Positions 26,379 to 39,367 of a stretch of 64,000 nucleotides of DNA are shown here, piece by piece. Numbering within the stretch: position 1 is the first letter of the stretch; every line of letters starts with the position of its first letter. The position numbers and the translations under genes were made by a program. Origin of the DNA: Octopus vulgaris (taxonomy: Eukaryota). The notes below the pieces were generated by a model. The model had not been told where the DNA came from. It did no database searches and was given only the letters and a program-made list of their open reading frames with translations. The DNA lies in the NCBI GenBank assembly GCA_951406725.2, contig OX597815.1:165912001-165976000 (forward strand). The letters are read 5' to 3'.

Positions 26379-28574
26379 ATTTTATCTTTCTTTAAAATCA
26401 GCAGCTTGGTATAACTTGAGACAAATAAATTAAACAAAAATTCAACATTTTATGAAGTCAGACAATTTTTCTGGAGAAAAATAATTTATAGTTTTTTTTC
26501 CTCCTAGATAGTTTATTTTTCATTAATAGAGGAAGAAAGAGGGAGAGGAATTTCTTACATACTGGTTTGATCGTTTTGAGATTTTAAACAACCTCCTATT
26601 GGGAGGTTTTGTCTATTAATTGCATAGATAATCCCAGTTAACCAAAGTTTTTCTTCTGTTGTTATTACATATGTCAAATCTATACCATTGTCTTGCATCA
26701 ACTAAAGCCAAACTTTGTGGAGACTTTTATAAAGAAGAGGGTCTTGAATATTGATCACTTCCAAGTGTTGCAAATTAAGCCAAATAATCTTCACTGAAGA
26801 GGCATAATAATATTGAAACATGTCCATTGCTTTCATACTAGCCACTTAGTTTTAAATGCAAAATCCTCTTCCATTTATCTTTATTTTCCAAAAAATCCTA
26901 TGAGCTGATAGTTTTAGAGTTATCTCCTTTGACTATCATTTAGCATTTATCTTGTTTAGCATGTTTCAATCATTGGACTGCAGCCGTTCTGGGACTCTGC
27001 CTTGAAGAGTTAAGTAAAAACAAAATTAACTACAGTTCTTTTGTAGCCATTCTTATGGCTAGCTTCTTTCAGTTTTCTTCTCCCAAATCCACTAACAAGT
27101 CTTTGGTCGGCCCAGAGCTATAGAAACTGAAACCGGAACCATCTAGTTGAAAAGAAAACTTCTTACTACACAACCAAACTAAGACTTTAAACAATTTGCC
27201 GGGAGGTTATGTCCACTAATTGCATGAATAATCTCAGTTAATCAAAGGGTTTTTTTCAACTCTACTGCATATCTCAGACCCTTACAATTGCCAAATTTTC
27301 TGGGGACTTTAATAAAGAAGAAAAGCAATGAAACGAAACATTTAATGTCTTCTAGTGTGAAAGAATGTAAAAACAGTTATTTTTCTATTCTTTTTAAGTG
27401 CATTTTATCATTTTTTTCCTGGGGAGGAGGCATGTAGGCATAAGGGAGGGGTGCACCTAATTTTTTTTTTCTTTTTTTAAACCTTATTTTTTTTTCTGGA
27501 CTGATTCCTCTCTGAGCTAATCTTTTTTTAACTTTGAATAGTTTCATTCCATCCCTTACACCCTCCCCTCCCCCAATATATCCACTACCCACCCCAGCCC
27601 ACCACCTCAGAATACTTCTGCCACCCAGCTCACCAACTGACAACCCATACTTGTGTCCAAACACACACGCGCACACACACACACGCACACACATACACAC
27701 ACATGCACACACATCCACTCTTGGACCCTCCCGCCACCAAATATTTCCCAACCTTCTATCAAACCACCTACCCACATTATCACTGTAAACCTCTCCGCTC
27801 AACAGGATTTTCAGACAAGTACCCACCAGAAAGAAGAACACACACACACTTACATACATGTATGCTTATTTGTGTGTGTATGTGTTTGTGTATAATCATA
27901 GGAGCAAGTGCCAATGGTTAAAATACCCATGCACATACATAGATTGATGAGGAAGGACAGGCAGAGAAGGGGGTGTGGTAAAGAAGATTAAGAGAGAGAG
28001 AGAGGGGGGAGAGAGAGAAAGAGAAAGAGAAAGCAAGATAAACTGAGAGATGCATTGAATGAGTTAAGATAGATGGATGGATGGATAGATAGATAGATAG
28101 ATAGATAGGAAAAGGAAGAGAGGGAGAGGAGAGAGAGAAGGAGAGAGAGAGAGTGTGTGTGTGTGTGTGTGTGAAAATGAATGAGAGTCAGATTGAAAGA
28201 CAAGAAGGAACTGGGAGATGAAAAAGAGAGTTATTGTGAATAAGGGGGATGACTATATACATACATATGCATATGTATGTATATATACCACACACACACA
28301 CACACACATAGACATGCACATACAGAGTGAGAAAGAGAGAGATGAGAATGAAAGAAGATGAAACTGAGGAAGTATGAAAAAATGTATGAAAGCTGAAAGA
28401 AGAGTTTGAAAATGGAGAGTCAAGAAATGATGGAGAGAGATAAAGTGAGAGGAAGACAGCTAGGAAGAGAGAGACTGAAAGAAAGAGATAGGAAACCAGA
28501 GAGAGAGGGAGAGAGAGGGTTTAAAAAGGTAAGGAGAGTAAGAGTGTGAGAAAGAGCGCTAGGAAGTGAGTGAC

Positions 28575-28725
28575 TGGTGACTGTGTGGTAAGTAGCTTGC
28601 TTGCCAACCACATGGTTCAGTCCCACTGCGTGGCACCTTGGGCAAGTGTCTTCTACTATAGCCTCGGACCGACCAAAGCCTTGTGAGTGGATTTGGTTGA
28701 CGGAAACTGAAAGAAGCCCATCATA

Positions 28726-28762
<37 letters not shown>

Positions 28763-29068
28763 CAATTAAGGACAACCACTTAATAAGGAAAACTTAACAA
28801 GAAATTGTCAGGTAGATAGCGTATATATATATGTGTGTGCATGTATGTTTGTGTGTCTGTGTTTGTCCCCCTAGCATTGCTTGACAACCGATGCTGGTGT
28901 GTTTACGTCCCCGTAACCTGGCGGTTCGGCAAAAGAGACCGATAGAATAAGTACTGGGCTTACAAAGAATAAGTCCCGGGGTGGAGTTGCTCGACTAAAG
29001 GCGGTGCTCCAGCATGGCCACAGTCAAATGACTGAAACAAGTAAAAGAGTAAAAGAAAGAAAAGAGAG
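28575..29068 (+). mobile_element. SINE A with ~60-bp foreign insert in its (TA)n linker
   Basis: Insert at ~28762-28821. Confidence 0.85.
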
Positions 29069-29450
29069 TATGGTTGGCTTTAAGAGAGTTTAGAGAGATA
29101 GAGTGTGAGTGAACTTCAGAAACGAGAAAGGGAGGTAGAAACTAAGAGAAGTCATCAGATGAGAGGAAAGGTGTGTGATGGTGGTGGTGGGGGGTGGGGG
29201 TGAAAGAGTGTGCGTGTGCGCGCGTATGGAAAAACTTTTTAAAAAATCACATCAAACAACTCATAGTGCTGCATAGTTGCCCTTGTTTCCACAGTCAGAT
29301 ACTCCTTTTCTCAATTTGACTCTCCTCTCACACCTACCCACCTCAACACACACACACACACACACACACTTCGCCTCACTGTTCCCTTAAAAAAAAAAAG
29401 TCACAGAGCAGACTTTCTCTATCTTGTTTTCCTTTCTATCTGTCTGTCTG

Positions 29451-29488
<38 letters not shown>

Positions 29489-29755
29489 TCCTTCTCTCTC
29501 TCTTTCTGTCTATCTGTCATTCTAATCTGTCTGCCTGTCTCTCTTTCTCTCTCACACAACTCACACATACACACACAGTCATATGTACACTTATCTCAGG
29601 GCTATACATACACATCAACCTATATGTTAAAACATTCCTTGTTTCATGAATATACACTCACTTGCACACACATGCATATACTTGCACATACATGCATACA
29701 CCCACACATGCAGACACTCACACACCAATGATTGAATCAAGTAAAAGATTAAAAG

Positions 29756-29836
<81 letters not shown>

Positions 29837-30155
29837 TGTGTGAGTGGACAAATAAAAGGGAGTGGCACTCAACACATTTGGTTGGTGTTACATATGCTTT
29901 TAATAACAGTTTGACTCAGTTCCATATGACTTAAAGTTTCATGAACACACAGGATGGACCCATCTCATCAGATATCAGGATGAGAGTGAGGGATTTGAGA
30001 CAAATTTAAGATGGCTTCTGATCAAGATATATATATGTGTGTTTATGTATATATCTATGTGTGTCTGTGTGTGTATTTGAATATCAACTACAAGTCCACT
30101 GCATTTTATGGCAGAAACAGCGGTAAGCTAATGAAAGTCATGTGATGATTGCTTG

Positions 30156-30405
30156 TGGAGATGCGTGGCTTAGTGGTTAGGGTGTCAGCATCATGATTGT
30201 AAGATTGTGGTTTCGATTCCTGGACCAGGCGACACGTTGTGTTCTTGAGCAAAACGCTTCATTTCACGTTGCTCCAGTCCACTCAGCTGGCAAAAATGAG
30301 TAACGCTGTGATGGACTGGCGTCCTGTCCAGCTGGGGAACACATACGCCATTGAAACTGGGCCCATGAGCCTGGTTAGGCTTTAAAAAGGCACATTTATT
30401 TATAT
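30156..30405 (+). mobile_element. SINE with family H head and V-like tail
   Basis: H-type head then TGTGATGGACTGGCGTCCTGTCCAG. Confidence 0.7.
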
Positions 30406-30450
30406 TTATGATAATTGCTTATTCATTTGTCATCTCATTTTCTTGTGTGT

Positions 30451-30992
30451 GTATCGACTGCTATTTTCAGGCAATCACAGTCCCTGTCAGTATATATGTA
30501 TACAATTATGTGCTTTCACAACAGCGTCAGAGCTTTTTAGCTCTTATTTCTAGCAATATAGGTGTTCTAACACCCTTCGTCACATATAATTACAATTATA
30601 GTTTTCCTCTTTGGTAAAACGCTGCATATGGCTGTCTATATTAATTTTTTCTATCCACATTAGCAATTTGCTAAATCATCCATAGATTTTTACAGTGAAT
30701 ACATCTATACTGGTAGAGAATTAAGTCAGGAATCAGCTGAATTGAGTGGTCCTTATTGGTAAGGCTACAGAAATAACCAAAACTGACTGATCAATATAAG
30801 GAATTCTTGACTGGTGTTTTCGGGCAATTACAGTCCTTGTCAGTATATATGTATACGATTATGTGCCTTAAAAACAACATTAAAACATTTTAGCTCTTAT
30901 TTCTAGCTATGTAGGTGTTTTAACACTCTTAGTCACATTTAGTAACAATTATACTTTTCCCTATTGGTAACACATTGTGCACAGCTGTCTAT
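30451..30992 (-). repeat. 353-bp-period partial tandem carrying hammerhead-like motifs
   Basis: 30456-30640 matches 30809-30992; minus CTGACA(A/G)G..GAAA..GTC in both. Confidence 0.6.
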
Positions 30993-31055
30993 GTTTATAT
31001 GTGTGTGTGTGTGTGTGTGTATGTGTGTATGTGTGTGTGTATATATATGTGTATG

Positions 31056-31098
<43 letters not shown>

Positions 31099-31125
31099 GT
31101 ATGTGTATATATATATATATATGTG

Positions 31126-31171
<46 letters not shown>

Positions 31172-31174
<3 letters not shown>

Positions 31175-31806
31175 CAGTATCGCCCGGCGTTGCTCGGGTT
31201 TGTAAGGGAAATAACTATATAAGCATTTTTAGAGAGTTATAGCCAAAAAATAGCAAAAAATGCATTAAAAATGGAAAAAATATGATGGTAAAATTTTTTA
31301 AAAATCGTTGACTCATCGTAGACATTTTTAGAGAGTTACTTCCCTTATATAATAGCGAAAAAATGCATTAAAATGGAAAAAAAACGATGGTAAATTTTTT
31401 TTAAATTGTAGACTCATGTAGACGCTTTCTTAGCCATTTCTGTTTTGGTGTTTTCAAGCCATGAAGTCGTTGTTCTAAAAGAACACTGGTCTCCTTGACA
31501 ATGCATTACGACGTTGATTTCCTTACACTCCCTTCCCTACAGGTGCAGGTGTGAGCGTGGACGCCAACTCCGCCGCCATCGACACACGAAAAATTATGCA
31601 TTAAAATGGAATAAAAAATGATGTTAAATTATTTTTAAAATCGTAGACTCATCGTAGATGCGCGCTAATATTCAGACGGGCTCGATATGAATCACGACTA
31701 TAAGCTACCCGAATTTGGTTAAACTGTACCGCAAAATGTGGGAGTAGTTAGGAATCTAAATCGAAGGGGACAGACACTCACACAACTACAGTTTTATATA
31801 TATAGA
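31172..31806 (-). mobile_element. non-autonomous Helitron in (TA)n
   Basis: Same 3' hairpin CCCGAGCAACGCCGGGCGATACTGCTA; 5' end TCTATATATATAAA. Confidence 0.8.
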
Positions 31807-31811
31807 TATAC

Positions 31812-32178
31812 ATAGCGCAGTAGTGGTGAGATGTGACAGCAAAGAAAAGCATACATTCACTCTCTGCATGCAATTAGACTCGGAAAGTTCGTGAGGAACC
31901 CATTGACCCAATTTGCTGACTTTTCCGATAGCACACAGGTGTCAATGAATGGTTGAATGACCAAATCCAAGCTTCTCTGCTAGTTCCTCAACAGTTACGA
32001 TGATATTTTGTTCCACCAGGGTTTTCAGGATGTCCTTGTCGAGTTCTACAGATCTTTCAGGATGAGGCTCGTCTTCTAGGCTGTAGTTTATGGCTCGGGA
32101 TTTCTGGAACCACCATTGACACTGCCTTACGCTTATTGTCCAATCCCCATATACTGCATTAATATTTCTTGTACTTTG
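31812..32178 (-). mobile_element. mariner transposase remnant
   Basis: INAVYGD..WWFQK..SLEDEPHPER..TVEELAEKLG..STIH*..GQWVPHEL. Confidence 0.85.
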
Positions 32179-32241
32179 CACACATTTATATTCTGTTATT
32201 CTTTTATATGTTTCAGCCTTGAGGTTGTGGCCATGCTGGAT

Positions 32242-32272
<31 letters not shown>

Positions 32273-32532
32273 CTATCTGTCTGTCTGTCTGTATGTATAT
32301 ATGTATATGTATGTGTGTGAACAATAATATTTTCAACAGATGTGTTGCAAATGTATCTGATTGTTCTCAAGCTTCAATACTGTGTGTGTGTGTATGTGTG
32401 TGTGTGTATGTGTGTGTGTGTATGTATGTATGTATATGTATGTATGTATGTATATGTATGTATGTATGTATGTGTGTGTATGTATGTGTGTGTATGTATG
32501 TGTGTGTGTATGTGTGTGTGTGTGTGTATGTA

Positions 32533-32567
<35 letters not shown>

Positions 32568-33329
32568 ATGTATGTATGTATGTATGTATGTATGTATGTA
32601 TGAGTGTATGTTTACTTTATTACTAATTACTCTCTTCCAAGAACATTTTCACTCACTCTTAGCTCTTAGCTTCCCATACATTTTACTCATGTATCTATCA
32701 GCGTCATAGACAGAATACTTTCACTTTAGTCTTCCTCAAATCACTGTCGCTATTTACTTTCATTTTATTCGTTGCCCACTGTGTGTGTGCGTTTGCGTGT
32801 GGTGTAAACCAGACTAAGAAAAGCATTTGACACACACACCAGAATGTGAGTTTTCTGTAAATTTTGCTTAATTGGAGTTTAAATTTTAAAAACTGGACCT
32901 GGCATGACGCGATGCATTGTACTCTCAAAAATGCTAGGTAAATTGTAATTGAAGAAATCCTATATTGTAGATTTGTATAACTCCCAAAGGGAGGCAGATA
33001 AAATCTGCCTTTTATAATAAGAGATATATATATATATATATAGATATCATCAACATCATTTAGCGTCCGCTTTCCATGCTAGCATGGGTTGGACGGTTCA
33101 ACTGGGGTCTGGGAAGCCAGATGGCTGCACCAGGCCCAGTCTGATCTGGCAGTGTTTCTATGGCTAGATGCCCTTCCTAACGCCAACCACTCCGTGAGTG
33201 TAGTGGGTGCTTTTTACATGCCACCGGCACAGTTGCCAGATGGGGCTGGCAAACGGCAACGGTCGGATGGTGCTTTTTAGATATATATTTATGTATATAT
33301 GTATACATATGTGTGTGTGTGTGTGTAGA

Positions 33330-33860
33330 TATGGCAGTGTGGTTGAGAAGTTTGTATCCCCACCCACATGGTTTGGGTTTCAGTCTCCTTGCATGGTACC
33401 TTAGATAAATGCCTTCTACAATGGCCTTTGGCAGACCAAAGCTAGTGACTAGATTTGATCAAAAGAAACTGAAAAAATCCTGATATGTATGTGTGTGTAA
33501 GAAAGCTCATATTTCTCTCACCTTATATGTTTGTTGCTTGTAAACAAAGGCCTTGCTGTCTGTGTTGCTTCCTTGCAGTTCACTGCCTTGGTACGTATGG
33601 GTTTCTTGATGTGTTGTGTGATCTGCATAAACGAATGCTTATTCATTTGGTATCATCTGTTTCTGTATCCTCACATAACCATGTCTGGGCTACTTGTTGC
33701 TTTTTAGAGACTAAGGGATTATTACCGTATTATGTTCCTTGGAAGCAAGTGACTGTTGGCATCAAGAAGAGCATCCAGTCATAGAAACTCTGTTCCAATG
33801 TAGTTTTGTCCAGCCCATGCAAGCATAGAAAAGGAGGGTATCAAAACGATGATGATGATG
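33330..33860 (+). mobile_element. SINE with A-type head and RTE-derived (GAT)n tail
   Basis: Degenerate A head; ends GTTGGCATCAAGAAGAGCATCCAG..GATGATGATG; similar at ~57715-58005. Confidence 0.5.
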
Positions 33861-33957
33861 TCGCTGTTGAAGATGGAAAAAAATTGCACAATCAAGTCAG
33901 AAATCGAAGTGCATTGTGACTAGCATCTGATGGTGTGGTTGATATTCTGATATATAT

Positions 33958-34640
33958 AGGCACAGATGTAGTGTTGTGGTAAGAAGCTTGCTTAAGGTAG
34001 CAAGCTGGTAGAAACATTAGCACGCCGGGTGAAATGCTTAGTGGTATTTCGTCTGCCGCTACGTTCTGAGTTCAAACTCCACCAAGGTCGACTTTGCCTT
34101 TCATCCTTTCAGGGTTGATTAAATAAGTACCAGTTACGCACTTGGGGTCGATATAATCGACTTAAACCGTTTGTCTGTCCTTGTTTGTCCCCTCTGTGTG
34201 TAGCCCCTTGTGGGCTATAAAGAAATAAGAAGCTTGCTTCCCAACCACATAGTTCTGCATTCATTCAGTCCCATGGCACCTTGGGCAAGTGTCTTCTACT
34301 ATAACCTCAGGCTAACCTTGTGAGTGGATGTGATTGATGGAAACTGAAAGAAGCCTGTCATATATATACATATATATGTATGTGTATATATATCTATGTA
34401 TATGTATATATATCTATGTATGTATGTCTTTGTGTCTGTGTTTTTGCCCCCCTCCCCCATCACTGCTTGACAACCAGTGTTGGTGTGTTTACATCCCCAT
34501 AACTCAGCAGTTCAGCAAAATAGACTGATAGAATAAGTACTAGGCTTTAAAGTCCTGGGGGTCGATTTCTTTGACTAAAACCCTTCAAAGTGGTGCTCCA
34601 GCATGGCCGCAGTCAAATGACTGAAACAAGTAATAGAATC
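33958..34640 (+). mobile_element. SINE A with nested SINE C (33995-34226)
   Basis: 14-bp TSD TAAGAAGCTTGCTT around the C copy. Confidence 0.85.
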
Positions 34641-34941
34641 AAATAATGAAAGTATACACGCACACTCACACACACCCACTGGCTGGTCCAGTGGCTAGCA
34701 TTACCCTTGCATGTAGCTACTTCTTCAGACAAGACATAACTCTAATGACATGTAGTACGAAAAGAAAAAAAATTTTTTTTTTCATATTTTGACTAGTTTT
34801 TTCATTGAACTATTGCCATGTTGGGGCCTTGTTTCCAAAGGTTTTTAATTGATTTTTATCTACTCCTTCTGAAAGAAACTACACCATATGCTATGGAAGT
34901 TAGGGTTGTATTCCATGTTCAGAGTTCTTTTATCCTATATC

Positions 34942-35351
34942 TTTTACTTATTTCAGTCAGTAAACTGCGACCATTCTGGGGCACCACCTTGTAGAATTTT
35001 TAGTTGAATGGATTGAACCCCACCACCAGCACATTTTTTTGTTTTTTTTTTTTAAGCCTGGTACTTATTCTGTCGGCCTCTTTTGCTATATAGTTAAGTT
35101 GTGGCAACTTAAACACACCAACACCGGTTTTCCAGCGGTGGATGGGGGCCAAACGTAGACACAAAGACACACACACACACACACACAGGTGTGAGTATAT
35201 ATACAATGGGCTTCTTTTAGTTTCTGTCTACCAAATCCACTTACAAGGCTTCGTTCAGCCAGGAGCTATAGAAGGCACTTGTCAAGGTGCTGCACAGTGG
35301 GACTGAACCTGGAATCATGTGGTTGGGAAGCAAGCTTCTTACCACACAGCC
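34942..35351 (-). mobile_element. SINE A
   Basis: Reverse-complement match. Confidence 0.8.
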
Positions 35352-35574
35352 ACATCAACATCATAACTGAACATCTGTTTTCCATGCTGTCATGGGTTGG
35401 ACAATTTGGCCAGAGCTGGTAAGACTGATGGCTGCACTGGGCTCCATTGTCTGTTCTGGCATGGCTCCTATGGCTGGATGCCCTTCCTAATGCCAACCAC
35501 TTTATAGAGCAGTTGGCTGCTTTTTATGTGGCACCAGCACCAATGCTGTTGACATGATTGAGCTTCTTTCAGTT

Positions 35575-35990
35575 TCTTATTTCTTTATTGCCCACAAGGG
35601 GCTAAACATAGAGGGGACAAACTAGGACAGACAACGGGATTAAGTCGATTACATCGACCCCAGTGCATAACTGGTACTTAATTTATCGACCCCAAAAGGA
35701 TGAAAGGCAAAGTCAACCTCAGCGGAACTTGAACTCAAAACGTAACAGCAGATGAAATACCTATTTCTTTACTACCCACAAAGGGCTAAACATAGAGGGG
35801 ATAAACAAGAACAGACAAAGGGATTAAGTCAATTACATCGACTCCAGTGCGTAACTGGTACTTAATTTCTCGACCCCCGAAAGGATGAAAGTCAAAGTTA
35901 ACCTCAGCAGAATTTGAACTCAGAATGTAACGGCAGATGAAATACTGATAAACATTTCGCCCGGCATGCTAACATTTCTGCCAGCTTGCT
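35575..35990 (-). mobile_element. SINE C tandem dimer
   Basis: Two units; junction at ~35760. Confidence 0.8.
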
Positions 35991-36485
35991 GCTTCTTTGT
36001 TTCTGTCTACCAAATTCACTCACAAAGTTTAGGTCAACCCGAGGCTATAGTAGAAGATGCTTCCCCAAAGTGCCCTACAGTGGGGCTGAACCTGATACCA
36101 TGTAGTTGCGAAGCAGACATCTTACTTTACAACCATGTTTGTGCCTATATATGATGGACTTCCCCAAAGTGCCCTACAGTGGGGCTGAACCTGATACCAT
36201 GTAGTTGCAAAGCAGACATCTTACCTTACAACCATGTTTGTGCCTATATATGATGGACTCCCCTCATCGAAGATGACGTATCAGCGTTCAGCTTGCCAAA
36301 TGACATGCACAAATGATTTGTTTTATCGTGATCAAATGTTTGTGTTGCGCATCAGCTCACTTCCGACATCAAATCGATGTTGTCTGAACAGTTGCACTGT
36401 GTACCACATGTCAGGTGTTGGAGTGGTCGCTGAGCAATGTGAGATGAAGTGTTTTGTTCAAGAACACTCAAGAACAAACTCAATC

Positions 36486-36588
36486 GCCTTACGGCCATAT
36501 CACGTTGAAAGCACCAGTTCTCATCCGATCACCGAAGTTAAGTACTTAGATGGGTGACCGCTTGGGAAACCTAGGTGCTGTAAGCATT
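36486..36588 (+). pseudogene. 5S rRNA pseudogene with ~18-nt internal deletion
   Basis: GCCTTACGGCCATATCACGTTGAAAGCACCAGTTCTCATCCGATCACCGAAGTTAAG / TACTTAGATGGGTGACCGCTTGGGAA..GGTGCTGTAAGC. Confidence 0.9.
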
Positions 36589-36596
36589 CCATTATT

Positions 36597-36742
36597 TGTT
36601 GGCGTTAGGAAGGGCATCCAGCTGTTGAAACACCGCCAGATCTGACTGGCCTGGTGCAGCCTTCAGGCTTCCCAGACCCCAGTTGAACCGTCCAACCCAT
36701 GCTAGCATGGAAAGCGGACCTTAAAAGATGATGATGATGATG
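36597..36742 (+). mobile_element. RTE 3' tail directly downstream of the 5S pseudogene
   Basis: GTTGGCGTTAGGAAGGGCATCCAGCTG..CCATGCTAGCATGG..(GAT)n. Confidence 0.8.
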
Positions 36743-36995
36743 AACACAATTCATTACACAGTCTAGGTATTGAAACCACGATCTCATCGTGAGTAGAATT
36801 CCCTAACCGCTGGGCCATGCCTCCTCACCAATATATGTGTATGTGTATATGCATACACACACACACACACACATATGCATGCACAAATACCCATCCATAC
36901 ACAAATATTCTGTAAATATACACCCACTTCCTAATATGTAAAGTTTTACAGCATACACTCTCTCTTTCCTTTTCTCTCTCTCTCTTTTTACTTCA

Positions 36996-37046
<51 letters not shown>

Positions 37047-37145
37047 CTATACATACATTCATGAAACTACTGATAAAGAAATAAGCTACAAAATAGCTGA
37101 GACACACAAATAATAGACACTACTAGTAGTACACTCTTAGATATA

Positions 37146-37193
<48 letters not shown>

Positions 37194-38044
37194 CATACAT
37201 ACATACAACCATGAAGGATTTTACAATCATTTGCACAAGCACTAACATGCGTGCACGCACACGCACACACACACGCACATACACACACACATACAAACCA
37301 TACACAAATACAGTTGACAAGTACTAACATATACAGAGAGGAGAAAATTGTTTTCTCTTATTCCCTTTCCTACACCCCACTCCTGACCCCATCACTGTCT
37401 TCCTTTACTCCCCAGCCCGCTCGGCCTCAACCCCTCTGATCTCCACTCTGTTACAATCTGTTTCCCTCCCCTCTTTTACATACATACATACACACATATA
37501 TATATATATTCTTGTTCTATTCCTTCTCTCTATCCCTCTACAGATGAACTAGGTGGCTACTTCAAAACTACTTGATTGTGCAGAGTTAGGGAGAGCCAGA
37601 GAAAGAGAGAGTTGTAGGATGCCAAGGGTAGTGGCAGTGGGGGGTGAAGTAGGGGTAGATCATCACTGTAGTTTGGGGGTTAGGACTGACATGATGGGGG
37701 GAATTTTAGGGACACAGCTAATCAGACATAGCTGTATACTACTCTCTTTCTGTTTCTTCACAACCAGCCAGTTAACCTCTGACAAGCACTGACTTTTTTC
37801 ACTGCCATAATCTTACATACATTCCCAATTTCTGTTACTCTACACCGTATATGCTTCTAGTTCTTGTTCTATTTTTCTTCCACCTCCTCTTCTTCTAGCA
37901 GACCACACAGGACCAGTAAGTACCTTCATGGCTGCACATAACACACACACACAACAAAAAGAAAATACACTCTCTAACTTTCTGTTATTCCCTCTCTCAC
38001 TTTTTCAATTCTGTTATAAAGCTGTACCCACAAAGCAAAAGTTA

Positions 38045-38945
38045 GTCTGGACTGTCCAACCAATAAATTTTCCCCTTTTCCTACTCTGCCTTTGAACAGG
38101 TTGTAGTAAAGGGTCTTTAGTCTGTGTGTGATGTCTTGTTGAATGGAGAGATTTCTTTCTCATTAATGCCTATAACAGGTTTCCTCCCCCCCTCTCCCAT
38201 CCTTCCTCGGTCTCTTGTGGCAGAATACCAGAAAGAATGGTAGAAAGAATGGCATCTTAGAAACTACCTTCAGCATTCCAGTTGATTCATGGCAAAGATT
38301 AACGTACATACTATCCATCCTGCCACAGGAAGCAAAGAAAGAAAGTTAGTGAGGGGATCAGTTATGAAATAAATAGTTTATGAGTGGCATAAAAATAGTT
38401 ACAGTTTTACTCAACGCAGAACTGACCTTGTTATTCAGTAAACAACAGGGCCAAGAAACCATTATCACAATCTTGAGGCAGTAACATAATAATGATCATT
38501 TTGTTGCATTCAGTGGTCAGATGCACTCCAATGAAATGAAAATAATTTTGTAAGACTCCCTCTGTGATTCCTGGCAGAGATTGAAACCGCTACCTTTATA
38601 TATGTTACTGTTTGCAAATACCTTTATCCATGAGACCATTAAGGCAATAAACTCCATTGATCATCATTAGTACAACCACTTCTAGTATTCAGGGTTGTCT
38701 TGACAGTATTGTAGCTCCCTGGATAAAGCAACAGATTGGGGCCACTGCATACACAAGTATAGGATACATGGATTGAGCATTGGGTTCCTACACCTGTAGG
38801 ACTTCTGAGCAATTGCCCAATGTTCCCATTCGTTAAGACAGCATTGCAAGTACCTGTACCAATATCACAAACACCAAGCCTTTTTATTAATGGTATCACA
38901 ATAAAACACCATTGGACCCTCTTTTGATGGGGTCAGTCTGAGATA
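38045..38945 (-). pseudogene. decayed kringle - Sushi - kringle - CTL coding remnant
   Basis: QWCFIVIPLIKRLGVCDIGTGTC..VSYTC..GCTNDDQWSLLP, then frameshifted G*RYLQTV/SG..CQ, C..GWIV..LCH, IYWL. Confidence 0.4.
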
Positions 38946-39367
38946 GGTCTATCATGTAATACTGTTTAGTACTGCCACCTAGCTTTAACTGCATTTAGTG
39001 GTGCTTGATCATCATTGCCATCTTCGTTATCATCATCATCATCATCATCATACATCCATTTTTCATGATGACATGAGTTAGACAGTTTGATAGGATCTGA
39101 CAAGCCACAGAGGTATGTCAGGCCCAAATGTCAGGTTTGATGTGGTTTCTATCGCTGGATGTCCTTCTGAATGCCACATTTAGGACCTCCTCTCCAGGAA
39201 TGCCACATTTAGGACCTCTACAGTTTCAGCCGTAGCACCCGTCCTAATTTCCTTCTATATTGCCATCCGTCTTGGCCTACAATCAACCATTGAGAGGTAC
39301 TGCCTTCCCTGATAAAGAATCATCTATCGCCAACCTCTTCCAATCTTCTAACCTCTGCTGTAGTACA

